DNA of 64,000 nucleotides from Squalus acanthias (lineage: Eukaryota): assembly GCA_030390025.1 (NCBI GenBank), contig CM059432.1, positions 116,872,001 to 116,936,000 of the forward strand, in the 5' to 3' direction. Positions within the stretch are counted from its first letter, which is position 1. Every line of letters begins with the position of its first letter. The notes below the pieces were generated by a model. That model made no database searches. It had not been told where the DNA came from and was given only the letters and a program-made list of their open reading frames with translations. The position numbers and the translations under genes are program-made. Positions 52,212 through 64,000 of this stretch are shown here, in pieces.

Positions 52212-52246
52212 CACCTGACGAAGGAGCAGCGCTCTGAAAGCTTGTG
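52212..52246 (+). ncRNA. Minimal type I hammerhead ribozyme
   Basis: cac-CTGACGA-aggagc-agc-gctct-GAAA-gcTT-gtg: intact core, stem II, palindromic AAGCTT stem III, cac/gtg stem I. Confidence 0.8.
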
Positions 52247-53391
52247 ATTTCAAATAAAGCTGTTGGACTATAACCTGGTGTTGTGCGACTTCTCACTTTT
52301 ATCTCATTCTCACCATTACTGAAGCTCTCATCCATGCCTTTTTCATCTCAACTTCTCTGATGTTTCTTTGTGCCAGTCTCCTAAGCTCCACTCTACACAA
52401 ACTTCAATTCATCCAATATTCCTATATTCTATCATGTGCTAAGTCCTGCTCACCTATTACCCCTGTCCTTACCAGCCTTCACCAGCTCCTTGTTCCCCAA
52501 GGCGTTGATTTTAAAATCCTCACCGTTATTTATAAATCCATTCATTGCCTCACCTCATCCCTGCTCTGCAACCTCCTCCAGCTCCTACTCCCAATATAAA
52601 CAAAAGCAAAATACTGTGGATGCTGGAAATCTGAAATAAAAACAGAAAATGTTGCAAACACTCAGCATTTCAGGCAGCATCTGTAGATGACCTTTCATCA
52701 GAACATGAGCTTTCCAAATATGAGCCTTCCATTCTGTGAACTCCATCCTGCTCTGCATCCCCCGCACCGCCCCCGCCATCCCCCGCTCCCTCCACTTCAC
52801 CATCAGTGAAATAACCCTGAACCACCTTGGCCCCGGACGCTGGAATTTCTTAAACTGATTGGTCTTGTTACATCTCTCCCTCATTTCAAGAACCTCCTTA
52901 AAAACTATTTCTTTGACCATGATCTTGATCATCTCCCCTAACTCTTCTCCTAACTCCTGTTTGATTTCTGTTTCTGGTCTTTATGAAGCATCTGGGGCGG
53001 TTTTGTTACTTTAAAGTGTTCTGTTGCTGTTGTTGTTTGCACCTAACAGTCAGGGAGCTAGAAATTTAAATTAGCTCCACACCAGGTTATGGTGTATGAG
53101 GTATTTAGACTGCGCTCACCATCAATTCAAACCTTAAACCCTATTGGTGAAGAAAATCCTCTGCAGTGAAGTAAATATCGTTTTACATAAAGACAGGGGA
53201 GATGTCAAAATTAACCCCATATTTGCAATCTAGACTAAAGTAAACTTGGTATATGATAAAATAAAATTTTCCTCTATTTTATTTAAACTAAATATATGTA
53301 GTAAGAGCAGAATAGGTGATGCAATATTACTAGATGGAGCACTGGTCCATCAAGACACATTTAGCTAAGAGACATTTAGCTAAGATACATT

Positions 53392-55064
53392 TGTAAGGGA
53401 TTCTGACCCTGCGTGTCTCGCAGCCTGTGAGATTCACGCGGCTCTGTGCAGCCTGTATGTCAGTGCGGGTCTAGGCCTTGTTGCCTGTTCTGGTCTCCAG
53501 CCAGTCTGGGAACACTAGACACACCTGTGAGTGGTTCGAATCACTCTCCCTTACGGTTCTAGACACTGGACTTAGATGCGAGAGCAGTAATGGAGATGAA
53601 ACTCATGTAGACTTGGTTTGAATGGTACGAAATGGAAAATCTTTATTGCATGATACTTAAGATTATGAAATACATGTCATAAGCACAGATTAATGACAGT
53701 ACAATCTTACAAACAGTTATGTAGTCGATCTTAGGGAAACGAGGAACGAACGGCACAAAGTAAATAGGGGCACACATTACAAATATCCTTAATCCTTAAA
53801 CCCTCCCCTATCAATATCTATCCTAAACTAGATTTGTAGGATTTCGAGACTCATGCTCACCACTCGTGATAACTCGGAGAAATTCCGAAGCTGATCGGAT
53901 GTTTTTCACCGCAGCACCCACGTGTCGGTCAGGAGATCTCCTGGTCCCACTTGTTTACTTGCTTCTGCTGCTCCGGCTAGCAGGCTGGACCGTCTGCTGT
54001 GATGAAGACCTGTGTTGGTTGGTTTAACAGGTACTTTTCGAGCACAGTTGTCAATATCATCGATACGATATGTTTCCTTGCAAGTTCGAAGAAGTCTTCC
54101 TAGCAAGGAAAACTTGGATAATCGACCTACAGGCGCGGTCGGGATTTACTGACCGTGGCGATGGATATGGTCTTCCTCTCTTCTCATCTCATCTCATCTC
54201 ATCTTATCTCATCTCGGGCCTTCGGTTCCGCTGCCAGTTACCAACATAGGTCTTCGTTACGCGACACGAGGTAGATCCGAACGGATCAGAAAGTTCAACA
54301 GTCTTTTCAGAAGAGGCAACAGGCAAGCAGGAGCGAGCCCAACTACGAGTACACAGGAGCAGCCACGAGGTTACGAATCGATCGGATAAGAGCACAGGAG
54401 CAGCCACGATGATAAGAGCAGCAAGAGAGAGAGAATGGACGGTTTGGAGCCTGCAATTATAGTGCAAAATCTTCCGTTTCCCGCCCAACTATAATGTCCA
54501 TTCTTTTGTTTAGGGTTTGGCGCTCAAATGTCTTGTATGGGTGATCTCCGTTCTTAATGGGTTTCGGGGCTACTCGTAAATGTCTGAGTACCTGTTAATA
54601 TTTCTCCCATTGTTAAATCGGTCGGTGTTCTCCCTGGAGGGGTTTGGGGCTTCCAAGTGTCCTGTATAACTACCTGCTAACGGCTCTCTCATCGTAGAGT
54701 CGTTGGGATTTTACATATTAATGTCTTTTGGATGGGCCCTTGATTACTCGGTACAATGGCTTTCCTTTGTACCTGGGAGACCGATTTCAGTATCTATGTG
54801 TATACTGCAAACCCATAATGTCTCGTGTATTATCTTCACTGTGCTGAATCTTAATCGATCTTGCACAAATGTTTATTGGAACGCCATCTTGTCTGCCTGT
54901 TGAAAAGTCTAGAATGTTCTGTCCCGAGGTGCGGCGGCCATTTTACAGGCTGCTTGTGTCCACTTTGAAAACCTGGCAGCATTCCGCTGAAATAAAAGCT
55001 GTTTGAACGAAACTCTGTGTTTTTCTCCTTATTAATAAAATCGCGATATATTGCGAATTCTACA
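53392..55064. mobile_element. Long solo-LTR-like element, copy 3
   Basis: TGTAAGGG...GCGAATTCTACA termini and close similarity to copy 2. The flanks are CATT / ATTT (imperfect TSD) within a short catttagctaaga tandem repeat. Confidence 0.88.
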
Positions 55065-55557
55065 ATTTCGCTAAGTGCATGAGCTGCCCCTTCACGGAGC
55101 CTTCTTGTTCACATGTACCAAAGAAATTGTCTGAAAATGCCTTCAGCAAACTGCTCACTACCATCAATACCACTGTGGTGTTTCTGCACAATCACAAAGA
55201 ATTTCTCAGCACAGTTGAATAAATTGATTGATTTTGTAAATGATATCAGCCTGTTTTGACATGCTGCTTCCTCTTTGAGCTGATGGATTGCGTAGGATGT
55301 CTAATACCTACCCTTTTCTAAGTGATTCCCCTAGTGAGGAAGAGATATGTCTGGCAGCTGGCTCAGGATTTCACTGATGGCTTGCTGGCATTCTAAAGCT
55401 CTGCACCTTCTTGGGCTGTTCATTGCGAGGGCCTTGAGTCAGCCAAATCCAGGATTATGATGGCTGATAGGTGTTGCCTCCTCCCATGCTTAGTGCATCG
55501 GGGCGGGGGAGTGGGGGAGCGGGGGCATCAGTTCCATAAATGATGTGCTTCCCCTCT

Positions 55558-55965
55558 CTAGAAAAGAGAAGGTCGAGGGGTGGGCTGTAAGAGATCTTTA
55601 AGATTATGAAAGGGTTTGACAGGGTAGACATAGAGAAGATGTTTCCACTTGTGGGGGAGACTAAAACTATAATATAAGAATGTCACTAATAAATCCAAAA
55701 GGAAATTCAGGAGAAACTTCTTTACCCAGAGAGTGGTGAGAATGTGGAACTCGCTACCACAAGGAGTGGTTGAGGCGACTAGCACAGATGTAATTAAGGG
55801 GAAGCTAGATAAACACATGAGGGAGAAAGGAATAGAAGGATATGCTGATAGGGTGAGATGAAGATGGGTGGGAGGAGGCTCGTGTGGAGCATAAACACCA
55901 GCATAGACCTGTTGGGCCGAATGGCCTGTTTCTGTGCTGTAAATTCTATGTAATTCTATATAATT
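55558..55965 (+). mobile_element. CR1 3' fragment
   Basis: 'aggagaaacttctttacccagagagtggtgagaatgtggaac' (RRNFFTQRVVRMWN) and an (aattctatgt)-type tail. Confidence 0.85.
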
Positions 55966-55999
55966 CCATGAATTCTTGCTCTAGAGTTTGCAGCACCTG

Positions 56000-56158
56000 G
56001 GGGTAATTTTGAGTTTGGGTGATAATGTAAAGCGGGCAATATTGAATCAACAGCCTGTTATACATCTCTCCCAATTTTCAAAATCAGGAGAGATGTATAA
56101 TGGGCAGCTGATTCAATATCGGAAGTTTCACACTATCACTCAAACTCAAAATGACCCC
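56000..56158. mobile_element. ~160-bp fully palindromic MITE
   Basis: GGGGTAATTTTGAGTTTG...TATACATCTCTCC / GGAGAGATGTATA...CAAACTCAAAATGACCCC; the arms pair along their whole length. Confidence 0.85.
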
Positions 56159-57705
56159 TCTGCTCTGTAAAACTAACTTTGCACACTCAAGAATAGCCAA
56201 TCCTACAGGAAGTTTGCTGAGTAAACAGCTGGGATTGCCTTCCCACCTTCTATTCCATGTGCTCAACTGATTCCTGATTGCTAGTTCACAGCTGATTAAG
56301 AGCATTGCTGCTGCTCCCTTTTCATTGGCTGGCCCACCATCTGGGGGGGAAATAACTCAAACTGAAAACAGCAATATCACGAGTAAATTCTCCCAGAAAC
56401 TTTAAGTAACCCGCAGTAAATCCCAAATAACGCACCAACAGCAATTCCTAGGCTCCGCTGGTGGGAAAGGAATGCCTGATGAGCTGACTGATAACACGTA
56501 TGTGATTTCACCTATAATTGTAGGTCTAACGCATGCAGAATAGTCATAGTTCACCAAGCTATGGATAGATTAGAAGCTGAAGGCTTGAGGGCCTATTCTC
56601 TGATCCTGGTACAGAAATGGCAGGACTGGAGCACTGTGAATTCTTCACTTGCCTGAGTCAGAAAGGGCCCACCCTACCAGATCTATCAGGGTTGGCCGAC
56701 AATTGCTGTGCAAGTTGAGCATCTGGGCTGAATTCAGCCTGCAAGCAGGAACTGGCCAAAGAGTTGGAGGCAGGTGAAATATTATGCATCATCAGCCCTT
56801 AAAGAGCTCTACAACAGAATTAAAGGAATGCAGCAACTTAAAGGTAGGCGGCTGCACATGGGGACAAATTCATTTCCATTGTTTTAGAAGCCTGTGAGCA
56901 CTTTTTAAATTATTTCACAACCTTTCCAAAAGCGATTATGGGGTGAAAGAAATGGCTTGCAGAAGATAGTGAATGACAAAACAAATAGGGCATACATTTA
57001 AGATAATCTAAAAATAATTAAAAGGGAGGTAAGACAAAAAATCTTTACACAGAGGATGATTAGTGCTTCTCTGCCACAGATCATTGTTGATGTAGTTGAT
57101 AAATTATTTTAAAAGGGAATTAGATGGTTGCTTGAAAGAGAGGAATATTAATGGGTATGGGGTGAGAGCAGAAGATTGGGACTAAACTATGTGGCTCATG
57201 TGGGAAATAAATACCAGCGGAGACTTGATTGGCTGAATGTAACATTCTATGGTTCTATGAAATGTGGAAGAAGGAAAAGGAGTCTGTGGGTAATTAATGA
57301 AGTGGCCTTGCATCAAACCCCCTGTATAGCACCAAGTGACTCACAGAGCATAGGTGAGTAGGAGCAAGTGGTGGTGGTGGCAGGAATCCGATGACCACGT
57401 GGGTGCTATCAATGATCTGCAGCAATGCAGTGAAATTGGGCAGCTATGTTATGCACCTGTTGCTTTTCAGTGGTAAAGGAGATGAAATTTAGCTGTGAAA
57501 CAGTGTGGGCTGCACTTGGCTAATTCTGTAGACGATTTCTGAGCTATTCTGGAAGGAGGCCGAGGCTGAAAAGTTAAAAGCGGTGGTGCATGCAGGTGTC
57601 CTTTGCAGAAAGCGGCATAGCTCTACAACTGATTCATCAGTGCTGGAAGAGCTGGATGAGGGAACATATAACAGATGTTGGATGCAAGGTTTTTATATAT
57701 GTAAT

Positions 57706-58468
57706 GGCCCGAAAATTAGACCTAATACGGGAGATTACGCACTGTGTACTCTCGCGTATTAGGTCCCGAAGTGCCGATTTCCTGCATGCACTGCGCATGC
57801 GTGGGAAACCGGCACTTCGTGTATGGCAAAGGGGGCGGTTCCTAAGTGAACCGCATGCGCGCTACAGGTTGCGCGCATGCAGCACACTTAGTTTTTTTTT
57901 CAGGTTTGAACGCGCAGGTAAGTGTTGAAGATTTTACACATAAAGAAAGCAGGTGTAAGACCCCCTTTTAACAAGGTAAGTAGTTAATTAAGTATTATTT
58001 TAAAATTTTTTCAACAGGTTTATCTTTTTTAGAGACTTTAAAGAAAGGTAAGTTTATTTTTATAACTTTTAAAAAGAATTTAAATTTTTTCAAAAATTTT
58101 AATTTTTTAAAGTGGTTAATTTATTTAACTATAGTTATTTTATTAATGTGATGGCTTTTAAAAAAAAATTAATTGAGGTTTAGCTGTTCTTTTGGGGGCT
58201 TGTTGTATTCATAGTTTTGACAGCTCTTGCTGTCAAAACTATGAATGAAAGATGGTGTGCTGCCATTGGCTCTAACTGGCCCATGTGATCCCAGAGGTCG
58301 CATCGCACTAACTGCGCCACTGGGACACGCACACACTGCGCGCCGGCACCAGGGAGAGGCCCAGGAACTGAAGTTCGTGTGGGCCAAAACCATAAAGGTA
58401 GGCGCGGAGTGCGATATCGCGGGGGATCCTTACCCCCGCGGCAACCATCGAACTCCAATTTCTGGGCC
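57706..58468. mobile_element. Harbinger-type MITE
   Basis: TIR GGCCCGAAAATT / AATTTCTGGGCC; CpG-rich ends and an AT-rich core; the TSD is not clean (AAT / TTT). Confidence 0.7.
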
Positions 58469-60869
58469 TTTGAGGATAGAATAAAATCAAAGAATCATTG
58501 AATAAAATGCAGTGATGATTTGGATTTCTTGATTAAGTACTGGATAATGCTTGTTAATAAAGTTCCTTGGAGTATTTTTAGACTCCATCTTAAAACAACC
58601 GAATGACTGCGATCACAGTAGATAGCTTTGAAGTAGAGCTAGCAATGGCGCCGGCATGGTGGGCAAATGATCTCCTACGCTGAAATTTCTATGATTCTAT
58701 AAATCTTACAATGTTTACAAATTAATTAGCTTCATAATCCATTTTGAAAGCTGGTTAAGTTTCTTATTTATTGACACAAATAATTTAAATCTCAGCTAAA
58801 TACAGTTTAGTGTAGCTTAGATTAAATAAGACATGGTGACAGGATAATGTAGGACCATGTTACAATTGCTAGTCCTGAGATGCTTGCTCACTCTGGTTCA
58901 TAAGTCCCATCAGACCTGTAATGGCACCACCTTGTCTGGGCGGTGTATCGCATTTCATTATTGAAGTGTGCAAATGCCTTCAAATACTTCTGTCCATGTC
59001 CGACACCCGTTGGATGTTAAAATGGCTGTAATTTCAAAAGGTGAACAGGGAAGGACTATTTCTTCTGCTTGGTCAGTCAGTAATGAGAAGTCATCAGTTT
59101 GTATCCTCACTGAGAGTGAGGAGGGAGGTTTGGAGAAATTTCTATATGCAAAGGATTGTTAGAGCATAGAATGCTTTGCCACAGGGAGTAGTTGAAGCCG
59201 AGATCATTGCATTTTTAAGGGAAAAGTGAATGAACATTTGAAGTAGAGGTAGAAGGCTATGGAGAGCGATCAAGCAGTTGGTTTATTTTCAGTTTGCTGT
59301 AGCATGGCACCAGCACAGAAATGATGAAACAGATGGCCTCTTTCTGTAAGCTTTTATGGTTCTAAAGATCTCGCTAAATAAGGCACAACAATTTTTTTTC
59401 CTAACCCAGTTTTTAAATGCATCAGTGATGGGCACCTGTTAAATATCAATATATGTTTATACCAATAATGCATTTATAAACTGGGCTAATAAGGTTTGTG
59501 TGTATTATGTATTGTTTGAAGCTATAGTCACTTGTTAGGTCTTACATACTGATGGAAACAGTTAATAACAGTTCCACACTTCCCTGTTACTATTATTGTT
59601 ATGACATTGAGGCCTTATTCCTACTTTGCTGTAATGAGACTGGTTTTAACTAAAATATGGTTTTAGCACTCCAGTGAGCGGGATTCTTTAACAGCTGTTA
59701 GCATTGTAAACTGTTTCAAAATTCCACGGTGATCCAGTACAAGAACAAATGGAACTAATATATTTCTGAAGCATTAGAATTAAAAAAGAAAAAGGTTACA
59801 ATTCCAACAGGGGAAATACACTGACCTTAATGGCTGAAATGTTGTCATTAATTAGATCCCATGAATTCTCAAGATACTGAAACAGCTCGAAGAATCAGAA
59901 CTGTTCTAACTTTCAGTAGGTTAGTGTGAGCATTCAGCAGAGAGAGGATTTTGGAATGGAGTGATCACAACTGCTGTGTCCCATGAAATATCTGATCATC
60001 TCTCTCTCTGGTATTTTTCCTTCCAAGTTTTTCCTGCCGATTTTCTCCCCCCTCTCTCCTCCCTATCCTGGTTACCCTCCAGTCTCTTGACCAATATTCA
60101 AGGTTGAGCTCCGTTAGTAAGTGTAGGCAAGCTACTCAAACATGAGAGGCATCACAGCACCACCCAATTCAGCATAGACAGGAGATTAAGTATACATGAA
60201 TGCTTATCCTTCAGTGGCATTGTGGAACCTTATTCCACACATCTATCATTCTGTTGGATAACAAACCTGGAGGTGTTTTCATTTTGTATTCTGTGATCAT
60301 AGTTTAAGTTAAATAATCTTATTACAGCTACATTCTCCATTTCTCTCCAAATTTAAAAGATTTAGGACATCTTCCTCTCCATCTTCATTTTTCAGTGAAT
60401 CTCTGGGATCATCCTTGTAGTTTGCTGAATCCCCTCCGATGTCTTGTTGAAGGTAGGATGTCCAAAGTTGCACACAATTTTTGAAATATGGTCTTGCCAA
60501 TGAGTTACACATGGTTGAAGCAACCTGATCTAAATTATAAAGGTAAATTGACTGATCTTGTTCTACCAACAGGGCGTTGAGCAGGAGGCAGTGTGAGTTG
60601 CAGATGCTGTAGCGCAATTTTCTGACCCAAGCTCTCTTCGAGTGCGGAGCACAAGGTAAGTGAATTTACTTATAGTTAAATGTTCTGAAGATACATTGTG
60701 GTGCTTTTTAAATTCTTATTACTACAGCTTTACCTTGACTGGATACCTTCAGTGAGCAATCAATATTTCTTTTTATACTTGCTCTCGGGATGTGGGCGAT
60801 TTTGGCAAAGTCACATTTATTGCCCATTCCTAGTTGCCCTGAAAAGGTGGTGCTGCGCTTTCTCCTTAT

Positions 60870-60961
60870 ATTGTTACAGTCCTTGTGATGGTGTTGGTAG
60901 GGAATTCCAGGACATTGTTACAGTCCTTGTGATGGTGTTGGTAGGGAATTCCAGGACATTG
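60870..60961 (+). repeat. Perfect 44-bp tandem duplication inside a decayed LINE 3' UTR
   Basis: attgttacagtccttgtgatggtgttggtagggaattccaggac occurs twice in tandem. Confidence 0.9.
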
Positions 60962-62014
60962 ACCCAACGATGATGAAGGAAAGGTATATATGTGCAAGTC
61001 AGGATAGTTGGAGGGAAACTTCAAGTTGATAATGTTCCCATGACATTACAAGCCTTCTTAGCTGTAGAGGACTCAGAGGAGGGAGAGGCTGCTGAAATAA
61101 CCTTAGTGAGTTGCTGCACTGCGTCCTGTAGGTTGTACATACAACAGCTACAGTGCACCGGTGGTGGAGGGGCTGGATATTAATCCCAGTGGCACTGAGG
61201 GCCAATCAACCACATTGCACAAGATCTTACTTTGCCACCTTTGATCGCATCTTTTGCCATTCCATTATGTGTTGTGTGTTTATATCTTCAGCAACTACAA
61301 AACACAGCACCCAAATTGAAATATTAGACTTTGTGTTTTTTTTTAATGTTTGACTGTACTCTTGTGAAAAACGGAGATGTTTTGATGAACCTTGTCATCT
61401 TGTTGAAACTGAACCTGGCAGACAAGTTGCAACCCTGTCATTTTTCTTTTTTTATTGCAAACTAGCATTTTTCAGAAGGAAAGCAATACATTTAAAGACT
61501 GTACTTTACATTTTGGATCTGACACTTTTCCTAATTCTGTAGTTAAATGATCATTAAATGCAATGAAATAATATCACCCATTATGCATTTATGGGCGATT
61601 CCTTGTTATTTCTCTGTCTTCATTGTTCTTCTTTGCAGTGAACTGTGTTCATTGATTATATTTTAGCTGCAGCTATATTTCTTTTGACTCTTTTCACTCT
61701 TACGTGTTGCTTTTATTTATTTTTGAATCCTGTAAGTGTTTGTTTGTACTGTTCTGCTTCTAACTGCAGTTAGCGCAGACACTCCAGGGTCTGTGAGCAG
61801 TTCTGACTCTTCTGGCTGTTACAAATTGTGTGTACAAGGCCTCCACTACCTCCTGTTCAGAAACATTGCTCCTCTGGGACATTATTTCAGTTTTAACCTA
61901 TATCTAGAGTCATGTAGGCTAATGTTTGCAATGTATTCTGCAAGTTGGTCTAATCAGAGATGTAGCTTGTGATTTATTTCACTTTTGTACATAAAGTCAC
62001 AGCCTACACATGGT

Positions 62015-62574
62015 GGCTCTGAATTTCCTGGGAATTTATGCCTGAGAGAGGGGGTAGGGGGAGGTGGAGTACGGGCTGGATTCCGCTCCATTTGATCGGA
62101 CCATTAATTTGCGGTTGAGGGGGTTGTGGGTGGCTAATCTGTCTGCCCCTCCCCCAGTCAAGGAGGCATGTCGAGTCGAGTTCCCAGGCTGCTGAGACAT
62201 TCCTTCCTTTACGCCCTTGAAAAGCAGAACTCACTCCTGTTGAGAACTGACGTGAGTCCCCTTGAGTACTTCTAAAGACTCCAAGCCCAGAGTGGATTGA
62301 TCACCTTCTCTAGTTGGAGTGGCTCCAGTGTGAACCAAAGAGTTAAAAAAAAATTCTCCAGGCCATCTGAACCTTGGGGGAACTCCACTCATCTTGGAAG
62401 GGTGGATCAGCTCAGGTCAAAATGGCTGCTGCTGATAGACTCTCGCAGGTGCTGGGGCTCTGTCCTGGCTATGCAAATGACTCTTTCCCCGGAATTTGGG
62501 ACAGGGTCTCTGACTTCGGGCAAGGGCAGGTGAGTGTTCTGTCAGTGGACCAGAAGCCCAAGAATTTCCAGGCC
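62015..62574. mobile_element. Harbinger-type MITE
   Basis: TIR GGCTCTGAATTTCCTGGG / CCCAAGAATTTCCAGGCC with a GGT TSD. Confidence 0.75.
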
Positions 62575-63215
62575 GGTAATTATATGTACAAACTCTGTTA
62601 GTTACTCATGAATCCCATTTGAGTTTTGTCTTTTGAAATTTCGTAATTTGTGTGGTCTCTACTAATGATTTTTACAGACTTAAAGACATGTTGTAACCAT
62701 TGTGCCAGGATAACATCCACTATCATATATAGTGGAGCAATAGGTTGTCTGGTCTACCGTATTAGAAGGAAGAGGGCTGATGTTCCAACAACATAAACAT
62801 TCTTATATATAAATACCTTTAACTTAACAAAATAAAGGTCGAGGAAGCAGATGGCAGATCTGATGGAGAGCTGGGAAGAAGATCAGGGGGAAAACAAGAG
62901 TATTGTGGAGCCAAGGCTGTTGTGGAGGAGACATGGAGGTCAGGGCTTGAGAGCATGAGCAGTGGGGCAGTGGGAGGCTCAGGCTGTCAAGCAGATAGTC
63001 TCAGTTTTGGAGCTGAAGAAATCCATGAGCTTCTCCCACCAGGTGGAGAAATGAGGATGGAAGAGACAGGAGAGGAAGGTAAAAGCAAGGAGTTTGTGGC
63101 TCTGTTCTGTTGCAGGAAGGTGAAAATAACATCTTAGTCTGCACTGGTGTAGGTGGCTGGAAAATATTTTCGTCGTTGCACAAACAAACTGTTTGTTGGA
63201 GAAAATTTCAGACCA

Positions 63216-63701
63216 GGGCTATTTTATGTCCCAGGCCTCATTAAAATGCTTCCGATCCATTTCTACCTGGAACGTGTGGGAAGTGGGTGGGAAACAGCTT
63301 CTGGGCTCTGGAAAATCGGGTGGCCCTTGGCTTAAAGCAACGTGTGCGTAAGGCGGCTCTGGGAGGGTCTCCTGGGATGGAGGGGGAGGGCGGGGGAAAC
63401 GTCCAGGACAGGGGAGGCTGCAAATTCCCTTGTGGGGCTTGGAGGAGCATTGGCAACAGCGACTTCCCTGCTCAGGCCTGAGTTAAAATTACAGCCAGAG
63501 CCCGATGGACATCATTGGACCCCTATCTGCATATTTAAAGAAGGACCCCGCTGGCTTTGGGCAGGGGACTGAGCCCCCCGCCCAGAAGCCTGAGTAAAAG
63601 TTACAGACGGCAGGTGGCTTTCCAGTGGGTAAGAAATCCAAGGAATCTTAACTGCATACCCGCTCGATTTCCGCTGGTTGGGTAGGGTTAAAAACCGGCC
63701 C
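63216..63701. mobile_element. Probable decayed Harbinger-type MITE
   Basis: GC-rich block with GGGCTATTTTA / TAAAAACCGGCCC termini; no clean TSD. Confidence 0.45.
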
Positions 63702-64000
63702 GTGTCTGTGCTCGAGTTCCAGGGAAGCAGGACTGAAGAGGAAACGGATTGGTTGATGTGTGTACCAACTTCACGTAGCTAGCTACATCCCATACTTGGT
63801 TAAGCAGCAAGTAAAGCATGGGAAGATCTAAACAATGCTCTCAAATGTCCATCACATTCTGAAGTGTAATTACAAACATGCTGGGAGAATGGGAGAAAGG
63901 TCACACAGATTGATAGCAATAGCGCTGGCATCATTTTATTCAAACATTATGGCCTTGCCTGGCCCCAAGGACCTCATTATGCTCCTTCGCTTTATTTGAG

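Larger units (their letters stand above)
52085..52300. mobile_element. Penelope-like inverted terminal-repeat insertion in a decayed L2
   Basis: 89-bp arms (52119-52207 / 52212-52300) around a 4-nt spacer; flanked by the direct repeat ATCTCATTCTC (52074-52084 / 52301-52311). Confidence 0.88.

Noticed and set aside
30219..55064. Copies 2 and 3 (or 1 and 2) as the paired LTRs of one provirus
   Set aside because: Copies 1 and 2 each have their own TSD, and the intervening DNA has no gag/pol, only unrelated repeats.

Overview
Vertebrate genomic DNA, almost certainly from a cartilaginous fish (shark-type CR1, L2, DeuSINE, Penelope and Harbinger repeats). The only host gene I can support is the 3' end of FBXO15 on the + strand: four coding exons at 1765-1847, 2201-2346, 4802-4926 and 7760-8029 that splice in frame. 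The remaining ~55 kb looks intergenic and is a layered set of transposons: nested CR1 LINEs, a two-gene PIF/Harbinger element plus about ten Harbinger-type non-autonomous elements with non-TWA 3-bp target duplications, DeuSINEs, L2 fragments and a hAT MITE. The most notable items are (1) three ~1.65-kb non-coding TGTA...TACA elements that look like unusually long solo LTRs, two with clean 4-bp TSDs and inserted into Harbinger DNA; (2) a Penelope-derived palindrome carrying two back-to-back minimal hammerhead ribozymes, plus other hammerhead relics; (3) a 1.55-kb near-identical inverted duplication inserted into a CR1 fragment 5.5 kb from its source; (4) a 10 x 42-bp intronic minisatellite bounded by splice signals. 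All calls come from reading the sequence by eye; family names rest on recalled motifs, not database searches.
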